In this document: piece by piece, positions 25,306 to 40,848 of the stretch
Layout: every line of letters begins with the position of its first letter
Numbering within the stretch: position 1 is the stretch's first letter
Assembly: GCA_964016885.1 (NCBI GenBank)
Contig: OZ024742.1
Span: 104,842,001-104,906,000, forward strand
Reading direction: 5' to 3'
Length of the DNA stretch: 64,000 nucleotides
Source: Eledone cirrhosa
Lineage: Eukaryota
Notes under the pieces: model-generated
Database searches by the model: none
What the model was told of the DNA's origin: nothing
The model's input: the letters and a program-made list of their open reading frames with translations, nothing else
Program-made: the position numbers and the translations under genes

Positions 25306-25307
<2 letters not shown>
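24922..25307 (-). mobile_element. CORE-like SINE with RTE tail
   Basis: Reverse complement of 16249-16604. Confidence 0.9.
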
Positions 25308-25351
<44 letters not shown>

Positions 25352-25579
25352 ATATATATATATATATGTGTATATATATATATATATATATACACATATA
25401 TATATATACATATATATATGTGTATATAAATATATATATACATATACATATATATGTGTATATATATATATATATATACACATATATATATGAGAGACAG
25501 AGATGGATGGAGGAAACGTGTCGTAGAAAGCCGAGCAAGCTCGACCTGATGATGATGATATATGTATATATATATATTT

Positions 25580-25628
<49 letters not shown>

Positions 25629-25813
25629 CATATACATATATATATATATAATAGGTATCTGTTTACTTGTGTTGTATTAATTAATATTGAAGCAAATAAC
25701 TATGTGTATACTCTGGGAGTGTATTCTACATTACCTATTGAGTACGCTGAGATGCAACTGGTCCTAGCATTGATACCTATGCTGGGTCCGTCAACTTCTT
25801 ATTATATATATAT

Positions 25814-26150
25814 ATGGCTTAGTGGTTAGAGCATTGGCCTTGCAATCAAAAGGTTGTGAGTTCAATTCTCAGACCAGGTGATGTGTTGTTTCCTTGAGCA
25901 AGACACTTTATTTCACATTGCTCCAGTTTACTCAGCTGTAGAAATGAGATGATAGGGACTGGGGGTCCTATCATACCACTGCAAAGTGATCGTGGAGGTG
26001 CCACGGCAAAAAAAGCACCCAGCACTCACTGTAAATGAGGTTGGTGTTAGGAAGGGCATCCAGCTGTAGAAATCAAGCCAGAATCAGTTCCCGTCCCACC
26101 CTTGCAAGCAAGGAAAAGCGGACGTAAAATGATGATGATGATGATGATGA
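25814..26150 (+). mobile_element. CORE-like SINE with RTE tail
   Basis: Near-identical to 16257-16604. Confidence 0.9.
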
Positions 26151-26321
26151 TATATATAGTAAGATGCGAGACAAACCACAAACCCTCTATCTCAATTCTA
26201 CTTTTGAAAAACATAAGAACTGTGAAACCGGTAAAGGAAATAAATAAATATTCTTAAAAAAACTCCAGTTGCATTTTCGATTTCTTTTCCTTATATATAT
26301 TTATATATATATACATATATA

Positions 26322-26374
<53 letters not shown>

Positions 26375-27830
26375 CACAGAGAGAGATTTGTGAATGTAGT
26401 AACATACAATAGATGCCTACTACCATTTAATATGGAATGGACCTCTGTTGGTTATGATGATGATTATTCCACTTGTTTGAAAACAGAACAGATAGCCTGC
26501 TTGGCTATTAACATGTAAGTAGCTGAGCAATTCACAGACACGTGTACCCTTAATGTAATTCTTAAGGAGATTCAGCCTGACACAGTGTATGACAAGGTTG
26601 ACCTTTTGAAATACATGTACAGTCCATCTGATGGACTTCCAAACAGTTTCTATCTACCCAGTTTTAATCACGACCTAATGATTTGGTAACAGATAATTAT
26701 CAAGGGTGCTTTAGTGGGGATTGAACCCAGAACCTAATTAATGATTGTGAAGCGAACCTCTTAATCATGCTACACCTACAACTACTTAATATGAAAACTC
26801 TAATTCGACAACCAATAATGAAAGGAAGGCTTCAATCTGACAGCAACAATAGCTCTTGATTATCACCATCCTGTATTACTGATGAATATCTCAGCTTTAT
26901 TACCATGCCAACTAATAATTCATTACATAACTAAATTACACTACTGTTCATGTATAAGGGTCAGCTGAAAATTGTATAGGTTGACTATAGAGGAGTGAAG
27001 CCAGAGTTGTGAAATCTTGCATGCATTAATTTCAACTCTTATTATAACTGTATTGTTTCTTTCCAGGGACTGTGTCGAATAATAATTTGGTCATTCCATG
27101 AAAATATCTTGGTCAGCCAATGAACTTCTCAGCCAAACCTCTTATGTAGCCATTTGGCAGTATTGGAGAGTGTCGGACACCATACTTTGCGACATAGAGT
27201 TATGGCCCTTTACACCCTGAGTTCAAATTCCACCGAGGTTAGCTTTGACTTTTATCCTTAAAATACCAGTTGGCCTTGTGTCTAAATCAGAAACAATTAT
27301 ATGTCATATTTGTATATATATATATAACTTCTGTAATTTGCTTATTATCACACGCCTACCTGGTAATTAGGACAATTATTCCCCAAATCTAAAATTTATT
27401 TCCTGAGATTTTTAAAATGTAATTGTCATGTTTGTTGATTTAATTAATTAACTTGCAAAGTGTTACTGATGTTAACAATTACATTTTGATTAATTGAAAC
27501 AATCATAGAAATGAATAAATTGACTTGAACTATAAAATCTTTGGTTATTTACCTAAACTAGATGTTAAACGATGATGATGATGATGATGATGATAGAATA
27601 GCCAGAGAGAGAGAGAGGGAGAGAGACAGAGAGAGAGACATTTATACACACACATGTGAGTGTGCATATGTGTGTGTGTATGTGTGTATATCACACACCC
27701 ACAGTAGCACAAGAACTTTAATCTTAACATCCATAAAGATGTTGAACTGACAAACTGTGGAAATAACAACATCCCCACTGAAACACACACATATCTAACA
27801 GATGATTTAACTAAATTTTTTATGTGTTTC

Positions 27831-28264
27831 ATCATCATCATCATCATCACCGTTTTACGTCCGTTCTTCCATGCTAGCATGGGTTAGACGGGTTGTCCTG
27901 TTGTGTGCAGTGTCCAATCGGCTGACCTTGTCTTGCTCATACGGGAACTGATTCTGGCTTGATTTCTACAGCTGGATGCCCTTCTTAACACCAACCTCAT
28001 TTACAATGAGTGCTGAGTGCTTTTTTTCCGTGGCACCTACACGTCCACTTTACAGTGTGGGCTGGGTGCTTTTTTGCCATAGCACCTCCACGACCCCTTT
28101 GCAGTGGAATGATAGGGACCCCAGTCCTATCATCTCATTTCTACAGCTGAGTAAACTGGAGCTATGTGAAATAAAGTGTCTTGCTCAAGGAAACAACACA
28201 TCACTCAGTCCGAGAACCTTTCGATTGCAAGCCCAATGCTCTAACCATTAAACCATGTGCCTCC
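27831..28264 (-). mobile_element. CORE-like SINE with longer RTE tail
   Basis: Same tRNA head as 16249. Tail matches 39317-39575. Confidence 0.9.
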
Positions 28265-28497
28265 ACTGTGTATGTATTTGTTTATCTATCTATCTGTCTA
28301 TATATATATAATGTGGAAAATGATATATGTAAGAAGGCTAAGACAATGCAAGATGGATGGTTAGATGAAAGCAAAGGAAAAGTTAGTTTCCTGGTAATTA
28401 GATGGGGATGAAATACATATAAACAGATGCTGACTTAAGAAACATTCGGGAAGTTTGAAATCTGAAATGTGTGCGCCTCAACCCAAATGACCATAAT

Positions 28498-28710
28498 AAT
28501 ATTGGTTTCTGATTTAAGCACAAGGCCAGCAATTTTGGGGGAAGGGGAAAGTCGATTAAATCGACCTCAGTGCATTACTGGTGCTTTATTGTATCGACCC
28601 CGTAAGGTTGAAAGGCAAAGCTAACCTCGGCAGGATTTGAACGCAGAACGTAAAGGGCCGTAACTCTCTGCTACAAAGCATGTTGTCTGGCACTTAACCG
28701 ATACTGCCAA
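28498..28710 (-). mobile_element. Nin-type SINE
   Basis: Homologous to 5624-5801. Confidence 0.8.
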
Positions 28711-29200
28711 TCTACTGCCCTAAATGACCCTAACAATATTAACAATTTAAAATGAGGAATGTAACAATATATATTGTACATTCGTTTATTCTTTTACTGG
28801 TTTCAGGTGATTATTTGAATATATTGATCCCATTACCACCGGTAATTATTTTATTGATATCTCTTTGTCAGATTGCTGATTATAGAACAAGGGGCACCTC
28901 CCCCCCCACGCAAATTTTAGACCATACAAACACATATGTATATATGTCTGTGTATATATCATCACCATCATTGTTCTTAGATTTTTCCATGCTGGCATGG
29001 GTTGGACAGAATTATTTGAGGCAATATTTTAGAGCCAAATGCCCTTTCTAACACCAACCCTTTTAGTTGCTTCTTATAACAAGTAGTGATATGATGTACT
29101 TATTCTAAACCAGATAAACATATATATACACACACACACACATATATATATATAGATATGTATATTTTATTGTGTGCAAGTGTATGCGTCTCTCTCTCTC

Positions 29201-29275
<75 letters not shown>

Positions 29276-29282
29276 CTCTCTT

Positions 29283-29315
<33 letters not shown>

Positions 29316-29513
29316 ATATATATATAATGAAATCAAACAAACAGTAAAACTTTACAAACACTAACAAAACAATACAATATAATAGATATGAAAGAGGTGA
29401 AATGTCAGAAATACGTAGGATAAAAGAGAAAGTAAAAAGCATTCAACAAAATGATAGCCACTTGAGTGAAGTCAGCTATTCTTGAAATAGTTTATGGCTT
29501 GTACTTTTAGTGA

Positions 29514-30360
29514 AGGCACATGGCTTAGTAGTTGAAGGGTTGGATTTACAATTGTGAGGTTGTGACTGGGTGTTCTGTTGTGTTCTTGAGCAAGACATTT
29601 TATTTCATGTTGTTCCAGTTCACTCAGCTGTAGAAATGAGTTGTGATGTCACTGGTGCTAAGCTATATTGGCCATTGTCTTTCCCTTGGACAACATGGGT
29701 GGTGGGGAGAGGAGAGGCCAGAATGCATGGGTAACTGCTAATCATTCATAAAAACACCCTGCCAAGACTTGTGTCTTGGAAGGGAAACTTTCTAGGTGCA
29801 AATCCCAACGTCATTCAATAATGAAGGGGATCTTTACTTTTAGATATGTATGTTGCTTAGCAGTTAGGATGGTGGATTCACAATTACAAGATGAATTTAA
29901 TTCCTGAGCTAGATGGCCTGTTGTATACTTGAGCAAGACATAATATTTCACACTGTTCCAGCTTTCTCAATTGGAAAAATAGGTTGTGATGACACTGGTG
30001 TCAAGCTGTATTGGCCTTTGCCTTTCTCTTGGACAACATCACATATACTGTATATGTAAACTATATTTAGTGTATATATAGTGAATATAGTGTGTACATA
30101 TTTGTTGCAATGACACTGGTGCCAAGTTATATCAGCCTTTTCTTTCCCTTGAACAACATTTGTTGCAAGGACACTGCTGCTAAGCTTTATTGCCTTTGCT
30201 TTTCCCTTAGAACACATATATGGTGTGAAGAGGAGAGACTAGCATGCATAGGCAACTGCTGATCTTCCACAAAATACCTTGCCCAAGTCTGTGCTCAGGA
30301 GAAGAACGTTCCAGGTGCCACTTCATGGTCAGTCATGACCAAGAGGGGGTCCTTCCCTTT
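29514..30360 (+). mobile_element. Two older CORE-like SINEs with a different tail; the second has internal triplication of tgacactggtg..aagct..cttt..cttg
   Basis: ggcacatggcttagtagtt head, cttgagcaagaca core, shared tails at 29700-29835 and 30225-30358. Confidence 0.6.
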
Positions 30361-30606
30361 CTGTACTTTTAGTTCTTATTGTGATTTTTTTTCTTGATTT
30401 TTTTTAAAGACAGCATATAAAGAATCTTCCCTGCGTCCAATATAGCCATATAACCAATGGGAGGCTGAATGGAGTGTGAGGACAATCATGGTAGAAAAAA
30501 ATGTAATTTGTATTACTATTGGTATTACTAATACAGTAATACAATATAATTTATATAAGCAAAATGATGTCAAACTTAAATAAGAATTTCTGAAAAACCA
30601 ATGAAA

Positions 30607-30785
30607 TAATTGTTTCTACTTTAGGCACAAGGCCAGCAATTAACCAGTACATTACTGGTACTTTATTTTATTGACCCCGTAAGGATGAAAGGCAAAGTTA
30701 ACCTCGACGGGATTTGAACTCAGACCGTAAAGGGACGTAACTATGCTGGAAAGCATGGCGTCCGACCCTCTACCGATACTGCCAA
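30607..30785 (-). mobile_element. Nin-type SINE
   Basis: Near-identical to 5624-5801. Confidence 0.9.
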
Positions 30786-31939
30786 TCCACAATGAAATAA
30801 TGTTTAATAAATATTTGAAGAAATTTACTAAAATTGTTTTTTCTCAAAATATCCTTGTAAAACTAGGGGCTGTCTTATATGAAGGGGCATCCAATAGGCC
30901 AGCAAATATGTTAATTTGAGGGAGATTTAGTCACTATTTCATGCTAAGGCTCTATCATTGACTAACAGTTGTAGTTGCTATTATTTGTGGTGGTGGTGGT
31001 GGTGGTGGTGGTGGTGGTGGTGGTGGTAGGAAGTCAGTACACCACCACCACCACCACCACCATCCATCACCCTCAACATCCCCACCACCGTGATACTACC
31101 ACCCCAACCCCACCATCTCTAATCCTCATCTCCCTCACCATCCCCACCACAACCACCATCACCAACATCATGACTGGGTGGCACGTGGATTGCATAGAGG
31201 CAGATGGGAGTGTGCATATAAACAAGATGTAGATTTGTTAATAAACATGTATAGATTTGTATACAGAAGCATTTATCAATATTTAAATATACATATATAT
31301 ATATAAGTGTATATGTATATGCATTATGTATGTTTGTGTATATGTGTATGTAGGGTCTTATATGAAGGGGCATCCAATAAGCGGACGTAAAATGATGATG
31401 ATGATGGTATGTATATATATGTATGTTTATGTATGTATGTGTGTGTATGTGTATGCATGTATATGTTTATGTGTACATATATATATGTATGTGAATGTAT
31501 GCATGTATGTATGCATGTATGTATGAAAGTATGTGTGTGTGAGGAAATGTAAATGTATACCTTCCCTTATATACATATTATAAACACATATATACATGGT
31601 GAAGCGGTATTCACCAAGATTAAAATAACTGTATATGGGATTGAAGATATCATCTCTAAGATGTGTTAGATAAATAATTTATAACACTTTACTGTTCTGT
31701 ATTCTAATCCTGTTTATTTTTCTTCTTTTCAGATAATATCCTTTTTTAGTGAATTGGTATGATAACATAATCTTTACTCTGTTGGAAGGATTTATTAATG
31801 GATAATCTACTCCACAATGAGTACATTTAATCATATATATATATAAATATGATTATCCCGCAAGCAGGGAAAAGCGGACGTAAAATGATGATGATGATGA
31901 TGATGATATATATATCTGTGTGTGTGTATATGTTGTATA

Positions 31940-31993
<54 letters not shown>

Positions 31994-32284
31994 TCATATA
32001 CACATACATATATATATGTAGATATTAATATAGGAATTTTTACCCAGCAGCTAAGTTTAAACCGAAGAGAGATGGTTTTAGTTTAATCATGGGACAAAGA
32101 CTACCTGTAATAATATATATACAGAAAAAAGGTGACAGTGGCATTCACCAGAGTACTATTGTTATGGCTATTGGTGTTGGGGCAATTCAAAAGTCAAATA
32201 CTATAGCTGAGAAAATCAAGTAAAATATGCCTGGCAATGGAAAAAAGTGGCGAGTTGCCTCTGTCCAACTTTTTTATATATATA

Positions 32285-32385
32285 CATGGTGTCCCCCAAA
32301 AATGTATACATACTTCAACAGAATTCTAATAAATATTGCCTGTACAGGTTATCAAAGTGTGTATACATTTTTGGGGGACAGTCTG
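32285..32385. mobile_element. Tc1/mariner-like MITE
   Basis: Inverted copy of 10458-10559, TA on both sides. Confidence 0.75.
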
Positions 32386-32511
32386 TATGTTGTTACATTG
32401 ATTTTTTTTGTTTCACAACTAAACTAAAACCATTTTTTGATTGATATTGAAACTGTTTAAGCTTAGCTGCCAGGCAAAGAATTCCTCTAATATTTACACA
32501 CATACATTTGT

Positions 32512-32980
32512 ACATGACAAAAAGCACCCAGTCCACACTGTAAAGTGGTCTTTTTGGTGCCATGATAAAAAGTGTCCAGTCCACACTGTAAAGTGGTTGT
32601 TTTGGTGCCACGATAAAAAGTGCCCAACCCACACTGTAAAGTGGTCTTTTTGGTGCCACGATAAAAAGTGTCCAGCCCACACCATAAAGTGGTTGTTTTG
32701 GTGCCACGATAAAAAAGTGCCCAACCCACATTGTAAAGTGGTCTTTTGGTGCCATGTTAAAAAGTGCTCAGCCCACACTGTAAAGTGGTTGTTTTGGTGC
32801 CACGATAAAAAGTGCTCAGCCCTCACTGTAAAGTGGTCTTTTGGTGGCACAATAAAAATTGCCCAGTCCATACTCTAAGGAGGTCATTTTGGTGCTCCGA
32901 TAAAAAGTCCCCAGCCCCCACTGTAAAGTGGTCTTTTGGTGCCATGATAAAAAGCACCTAGTGCACACTGTAAATGTGGT
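32512..32980 (+). repeat. About 10 x 48-bp tandem array amplified from the RTE/SINE 3' UTR unit
   Basis: ggtgcc-like unit starts at 32556, 32604, 32652, 32700, 32748, 32796, 32843, 32891 and 32938. Continues into the normal RTE tail to about 33150. Confidence 0.9.
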
Positions 32981-34848
32981 TGGCACTAGGAAGGGCATCC
33001 AACTGTAGAAACCAAGCCAAAATCAGTTCCACATGAGCAAGACACAGTCCTCTGATCTAACTTCTCTCTCAACGGGACAACTTGTCTAACCCATGCTATG
33101 GAGGAAAAATGGACGTTAAACTAATGATGATGATCATGATGATGATGATGATATATATATACATATCATTCGTACAGTGAATAGCTTGAATAAAATATAA
33201 TTCATTTCCATAATATTGAGTACTTTTAATAACAGATAATCCATTCAATACTAAATAGTGGCTTCCATAACAATTATATCCTCTCTCTAGTAAATGGCTT
33301 TAATAATAGTGAATTGACTTAACATTTAGTAACTCGAGATCATGTTTATAGTGAATAGCTTTTTTAATATCAGATAATCGTCTCTGTATTGAATGGCTTT
33401 GGTACAAGATAATCCATGGGTAATCTGATTGATTTTAATAGGTAATCTACTCTATGATAAATAACATTTGTATTAGAGAAGGATGTTAACCCATTTGATA
33501 CCAAACCACCAGAAACTGCCTTTGGTTCTATGATATAAAACTTTGTTTTAAAGAGTTTATATTTATCTAAAAACCTTCCATCATAATTTTATGTAAGAAC
33601 CAATATTAAGTTATGTTTCAAACACCAGCTTACTAATGAGAAACTTAGTTGTATTATTAAATTCCGCCGAGGTTGACTTTGCCTGTCATCCTTACGGGGT
33701 CGATAAAATAAAGTACCAGTAATGCACTGGGTAATTGCTGGCCTTGTGCCTAAAGTAGAAACAATTATTGAATCCTTCCAAATTCTTGATTGTTTTTTCA
33801 AAATTATTTGATAGTCAGAAGCAGCTTCTTTCATGAAAAATATTAAAATAGTTAGAAGCATTGAGTGACTGAAAATGGGAGAAATGCTTGATTAATTTAT
33901 AGAACTTTTTAAAGTATCAAAGTAAATTCTTTATAGTATTTAGTTTTGTCTCTCGATGGGATTTAAATTCAGAATGCTAGGTGATATAACACTACAAGGT
34001 ATTTCATTTGACACTACAAAGCTTCTGTCAATCTTCCATTAATATACCAAATGAATTGCAAGCACTTTACAATGTTATTTATGCATCTGTAATGTTATTT
34101 ATGTATATATTTAAAACATATTTGTAATGTTATTTATACAACTGTGGATAAATAAATAGAAGTGAATACTGTTATTGTCTTGTGAGAGTGTTGGATTAAA
34201 ATGTTTTGATATGTTTTTTTGGCTCTCTGTACTCTGAGTTCAAATTCCAAGATTAACTTTGCCTTTCATTCTTTCCAGGTTGATTAAAAAGTACCAGCCC
34301 AGTACTGGGGTCAAGTCTTCCACTCCATCTCTTTCTCACTCTCTTTCCTTTTCTGGAATAAATTGGTGGCATTCCAGCCTAGAGAGAGATGGGCTCCACC
34401 AGGTTTTAAATGCCCAAGATATGCCATGTCAAGATGGCACCCCAATGACTCCATCAGGAATTAAGAGAGAGAGGGGGAGAGAGAAGGAGGGAGAAATAGA
34501 GAGAAGGAGAGAGAAAGAGAGGGAAGGAGGAAGGGAGAGAGAGACATAGAGATACTGTTATCATAATATGTTATCTAGTCTCTTGTGAATGCAGCATGAC
34601 TTAACATTTAAGAAGTTCACTTTGCAATCATTAGGTCCTGAGTTTGATTCCATGAGTCAACTTGAGGCTATGGTAAATGATACTTGTTAACAAGTATCAT
34701 TTACCATAGCCTCAAGTTGACTCATGCCTTATGAGGGAAATTAGGTAAACAGAAACTCTTTGTAAGTCCATGAAGTGGACAGTGCCTGTAATTCAAAGCA
34801 CTATCCCTGTCGTTCACTGTATTATACTGAATCACCTTGAGAATTACA

Positions 34849-35082
34849 TTAACTCTTTAGCATTTCAACTGGCTGCATCTGGCTATAATTCTCTCACCTC
34901 TTTCTGTTCAAACCTGCCGTAACTAGCTGCTCATACTGACATTAAGGTATTGTTCTCAAAATAAATGATATCAAAATCTCCTAGATTTGATTCAATATTA
35001 TGTCAGATAATTATATCAGATAAAGCCTTCCCCATGAAAATATAATAGTATATATAGAGTAATGTAAATGCTAAAGGGTTAA
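34849..35082. mobile_element. piggyBac-like MITE inserted at TTAA within a SINE tail
   Basis: TTAActctttagcatt...aatgctaaagggTTAA. The empty site gagaattacaTTAA is visible in the paralogous SINE near 59076. Confidence 0.8.
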
Positions 35083-35254
35083 GAGTATGCATTTTTGCAG
35101 GATGCTCAACCACTTACATGTTTAATTTATGGGCAGGCAGTTCTGTAGATCAAACAAGTGGAACACTCATCGTCGAAACTGACAGAGGTTGATTCTGTTT
35201 AACTACATCTCCTTGAGTTCAAACAACATTGTAGCAGATCTTGTTTTATATCAC

Positions 35255-35463
35255 TTAACCCTTTAGCATTTACATTACTGTTTATTTACTATTGTATTTT
35301 TGAAGTAAAGGCTTTACCTCACATAATTATCTCACATAATATCATATCTCTGAGATTTTGATATTATTTATTCTGAGAACAATACCTTAACATAGGTATG
35401 AGAAGCCAGTTACGATTGGTTTGAACAGGAAGATGTGAGATAATTCTGGGCAGATAGGGTTAA
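35255..35463. mobile_element. piggyBac-like MITE (one TIR partly deleted)
   Basis: TTAAccctttagcattt start. Homologous to 58611-58824. Confidence 0.7.
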
Positions 35464-38057
35464 GAGTTGATAAAATAAATACCTGTAATAGACTGTTGTC
35501 AATTTTATTAACTATACTCCTTTAATAAAGATTTGGGCGATGTGCCAAGTCTAAAAAAAAAAATAAAAATTAAAAAACGGAAGAATCCTAACATAGCTGC
35601 TGCTCTATATATCTTTTCCTCTGGTTTGTTGAGATGAAGTACATATAAGATAACAGCAGTTAGAAGAACATTAGTGACACACTTGAGGAAGGAAGTAGCC
35701 AGAAATTCAATTACATCCTGATGAAAAGTTAATGGAAGACTAAAAAATGTTGATGGAAGACCTGGAAAAATATGTGAGGTTCTGTAGCACCATCTATCAA
35801 ATAAACAGTTACATTATGGTAAAACCATATTTGTCATTTAAAACATAACATATGCTGTAATTGTTATTGTTTTAAAGTATTTTTTATGTGGTTTAGAATA
35901 AGTACACCATATTACTGCCTCTTGCAAGAAACAACTAAAAGGGTTGATAGCAGGACAGACATCTAGCCGCAAAACATTGCCTCAAAAAGTTCCAGAAAAA
36001 GAAGATAATGATGATATTAAGTTATTGAAAATTGGGTCTTTGCTACATTCCTGAAAATAATTATTGTTGATTCTTTTTCCTTGGTTCATTAAATTGCAGT
36101 AGGGCCCTGTGGAAGAAGGGAGGGGATAAAATAGAATATAACTAAGTCACTGCAAGTGAGAGGAGTCATGCAATGATATGTGTTATTTTAAAATGGCCAA
36201 TATATAATCAAATTATTTGCCAAACAAAATAAAACTAAACTTTCAGTAAATAAATACAAAAAATAAAATGGCCAAAAAAGATCATCATCATGTCTATTTT
36301 CCCTGCTAAAAAAGGTTGGACAGATCACCACATACAAAGCCAGTAGTTAATCAGAGCTTTTAACCTCTCCAATGGACGAGGAGTCTGCATTGCACTTACG
36401 TACATTCCCACACTTTCCAATATATGTAGGTGATCTTAAAGCATAACTCCTAAACTGTTGTTTGACCTACCTACTAGAAATAGAAGCCAAAAACTCACTT
36501 AAATCACACTCTGCCATCAAAAACTGATAATAAAAAAAAAAAATGAAAGTGCATGTAGTTGAATAATGTATTTCTTGAAACAAACACTATCTAAAAAAAA
36601 AAGAAATAAGACAGGATTGTCATGGCATCACCTTTGATAATAGCTCTACTTTGTCAGGGCTGACCTGAACCTAAACAACAGCAACAACACAAACCAACAT
36701 GTTGCTTGGCCTGCAAAAAATAGCAACCAAATCTCCCTCAAATTACACACTATTGTTTTAATCCTTCATGCAAGCATGGAAAAGCGGGCGTAAAAAACGA
36801 TGATAGTGATGATGATGATAATTTCTAATGAAATACACTTCCTATACATTTCAAATAATCTTTTTAAATAATCAAGAATTTGGAGAGATGAAATAAAATA
36901 ACTAGTGTTGACAGTGTTAAACTAATTTTGGAACTTAAAGATTTTTACATAAAATTATTATGGGAAGATTTTAGATACATACAATCAATTTAAAATAATA
37001 GGTTTGTATCATAAACCCACAGGCAGTTTCAGGCTGTTTGGTATCAAAAGAGTTAAAGGAAAAACATTAAAGGATTTAACGGTACATATAGCATATCTGA
37101 AAATACAACAAGATAGTTACAGCTGAACAAACCTTTGACTATCATTATCATCATCATCGTTTAAAATCTATCTTCCACGCTAGCATGGGTTAGACCATAT
37201 GTCTGATTTATCAGTGATGACCTAGGGCTATGAATATCAACAACATCATAAGGCAAAGCTTGTTGAGACAGTATGGTGTTGAACAACTGACCGATAGGTC
37301 AGCTGTCTATATCCTGTTACCAACACTGTACTGGGCCCTTAAGCAAAACAAACCCATGCTTAGGGCATCAAGGGAAGAGGAACACCATTTTATTTAAATC
37401 AAATATATTTGTCACACCTGCCCCAATTTTTCAGACTTTATATATAGGTAGATGGATGGGAGAGGTCACCATAAACTTTTAAGTGCATAGGGCCTCAATA
37501 AGACTTAATCTGGCCTTGACAGTGTCTGTGACACATTGAATGAATCAGTCCTTCTTACTGTAAATGTTATTATTGTTATTTAACCCCAGTCCTTTCCAGT
37601 TGTGACCATAATGTCTGGTTGTATATGTAAGATTACATTTTGAGCATGTTGAGCAAGCAGAGGTTCACTATTATTTAGCTTTAAACAGATACCAGTGGGA
37701 GATCTTTAAACTTGACAATTGTTTCACTGCTTTGCAGTGCTGAGTTCTACCCCTTCCTATGGATATAGCTGGAAGCAGTGCTAGGTTTAAACTTCATGAG
37801 GTCAGAAGAAATATAAAGGTTTGAAACCCCTTGTTAAAAAATTATACCAGAATGTCTTTTAAAAATTACAACATATATGTCTTTTAATTATTTCAAGACC
37901 CCTGTAGATTATGCCATCTTAAGCTACAGCTTGTTTAGCTTATGTCTAAATGGCCCCACTGGCTGTAAAAGAGATGGCTACGATCAAGGAAATTGACTTA
38001 ACATATGTACACTGTATGAAAAAAAAAATATATATATATGTATATATATATATATGT

Positions 38058-38102
<45 letters not shown>

Positions 38103-38188
38103 TATATATATATTATGCATACATACATACATATATATACATACATATAAATATATACATACATATTTATACATACATATATATATAC

Positions 38189-38222
<34 letters not shown>

Positions 38223-38261
38223 ACATACATATATATACATAGATATATACATATATATATA

Positions 38262-38515
38262 TTGAGCAAGACACTTTATTTCACATTGCTCCAGTTTACT
38301 CAGCTGTAGAAATGAGATGATAGGGACTGGGGTCCCTATCATTCCACTGTAAAGTGGTCGTGAAGGTGCCACGGCAAAAAGCACCCAGCACTCACTGTAA
38401 ATGAGGTTGGTGTTAGGAAGGGCATCCAGCTGTAGAAATCAAGCCAGAATCAGTTCCCGTCCCACCCTTGCAGGCAAGGAAAAGCGGATGTAAAATGATG
38501 ATGATGATGATGATG
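38262..38515 (+). mobile_element. 5'-truncated CORE-like SINE
   Basis: Matches 16337-16604. Confidence 0.85.
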
Positions 38516-38521
38516 TATATA

Positions 38522-38581
<60 letters not shown>

Positions 38582-38620
38582 TATAATATAAGATCAAAAG
38601 ATGGTTAAAGGAGTTCAATG

Positions 38621-38690
38621 TATTTTATTATGCGCATTTCAAAAACAAACATCATCATGCAATAATATTTGTGTTTTCATCAGATAAAAC
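38621..38690 (-). ncRNA. Type I hammerhead ribozyme motif (mirror copy in left arm)
   Basis: Reverse complement of 38811-38880. Confidence 0.8.
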
Positions 38691-38810
38691 AGGAGAACAT
38701 GATATGAAGGCTAAAAAACACTTGTGGATAGTGCAGTTTTAAATCAACATATGTTGATTTAAAACTGCACTATCCACAAGTGTTTTTTAGCCTTCATATC
38801 ATGTTCTCCT

Positions 38811-38880
38811 GTTTTATCTGATGAAAACACAAATATTATTGCATGATGATGTTTGTTTTTGAAATGCGCATAATAAAATA
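38811..38880 (+). ncRNA. Type I hammerhead ribozyme motif
   Basis: gttttat-CTGATGA (38818). Stem II aaacacaaatattatt/gatgatgtttgttttt. GAAA-T-GCGC-ATA (palindromic tetraloop, AUA site). ataaaat completes stem I. Confidence 0.8.
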
Positions 38881-39173
38881 CATTGAACTCCTTTAACCAT
38901 CTTTTGATCTTATATTATGCATACTCCAGTCCTACAAACTGTAGAGTGCTTCTTATCCGATATCTGCATTGCTTTATTGTACTACAATAAAACTCACCTC
39001 CTACATTATACATATATATATATATATATGTAGAAGTTCTATTTAAATTGTTCCATTTGATGCGGGAATGGTCGGGAGACCATGTCTTGCTCGTACGGAA
39101 GTGTCTCTGGCAGGTTTTTTACAGCTGGATGTCCTTCCTAACACCAACCACATTTAAAGTGTATATATATATA

Positions 39174-40513
<1,340 letters not shown>

Positions 40514-40536
40514 CCAGGTTTGGAATTTATTCTCTG

Positions 40537-40644
<108 letters not shown>

Positions 40645-40742
40645 ATATATATATATATATGTATATATATATGTATATATATATGTATATATATATATGC
40701 ATATATCATCATCATCATCATCCATATATATGTATATATATC

Positions 40743-40778
<36 letters not shown>

Positions 40779-40816
40779 CATATATCATCATCATCATCAG
40801 CATCCATATATATATG

Positions 40817-40848
<32 letters not shown>

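Larger units (their letters stand above)
38583..38918. repeat. 336-bp perfect palindrome (no loop) with unique tail to about 39006, in (TA)n
   Basis: Centre cat|atg at 38750/38751. Arms are exact reverse complements by inspection. Confidence 0.95.

Noticed and set aside
25497-25558. cctgatgatg preceded by gaaacgtgtc
   Set aside because: Reads as an RTE-like C-terminus ([16 protein letters not shown]-stop) with a (TGA)n tail, and no stems support a ribozyme.
35715-35780. CTGATGA at about 35718
   Set aside because: No stem II or matching core. The region looks like a decayed RTE 3' end.
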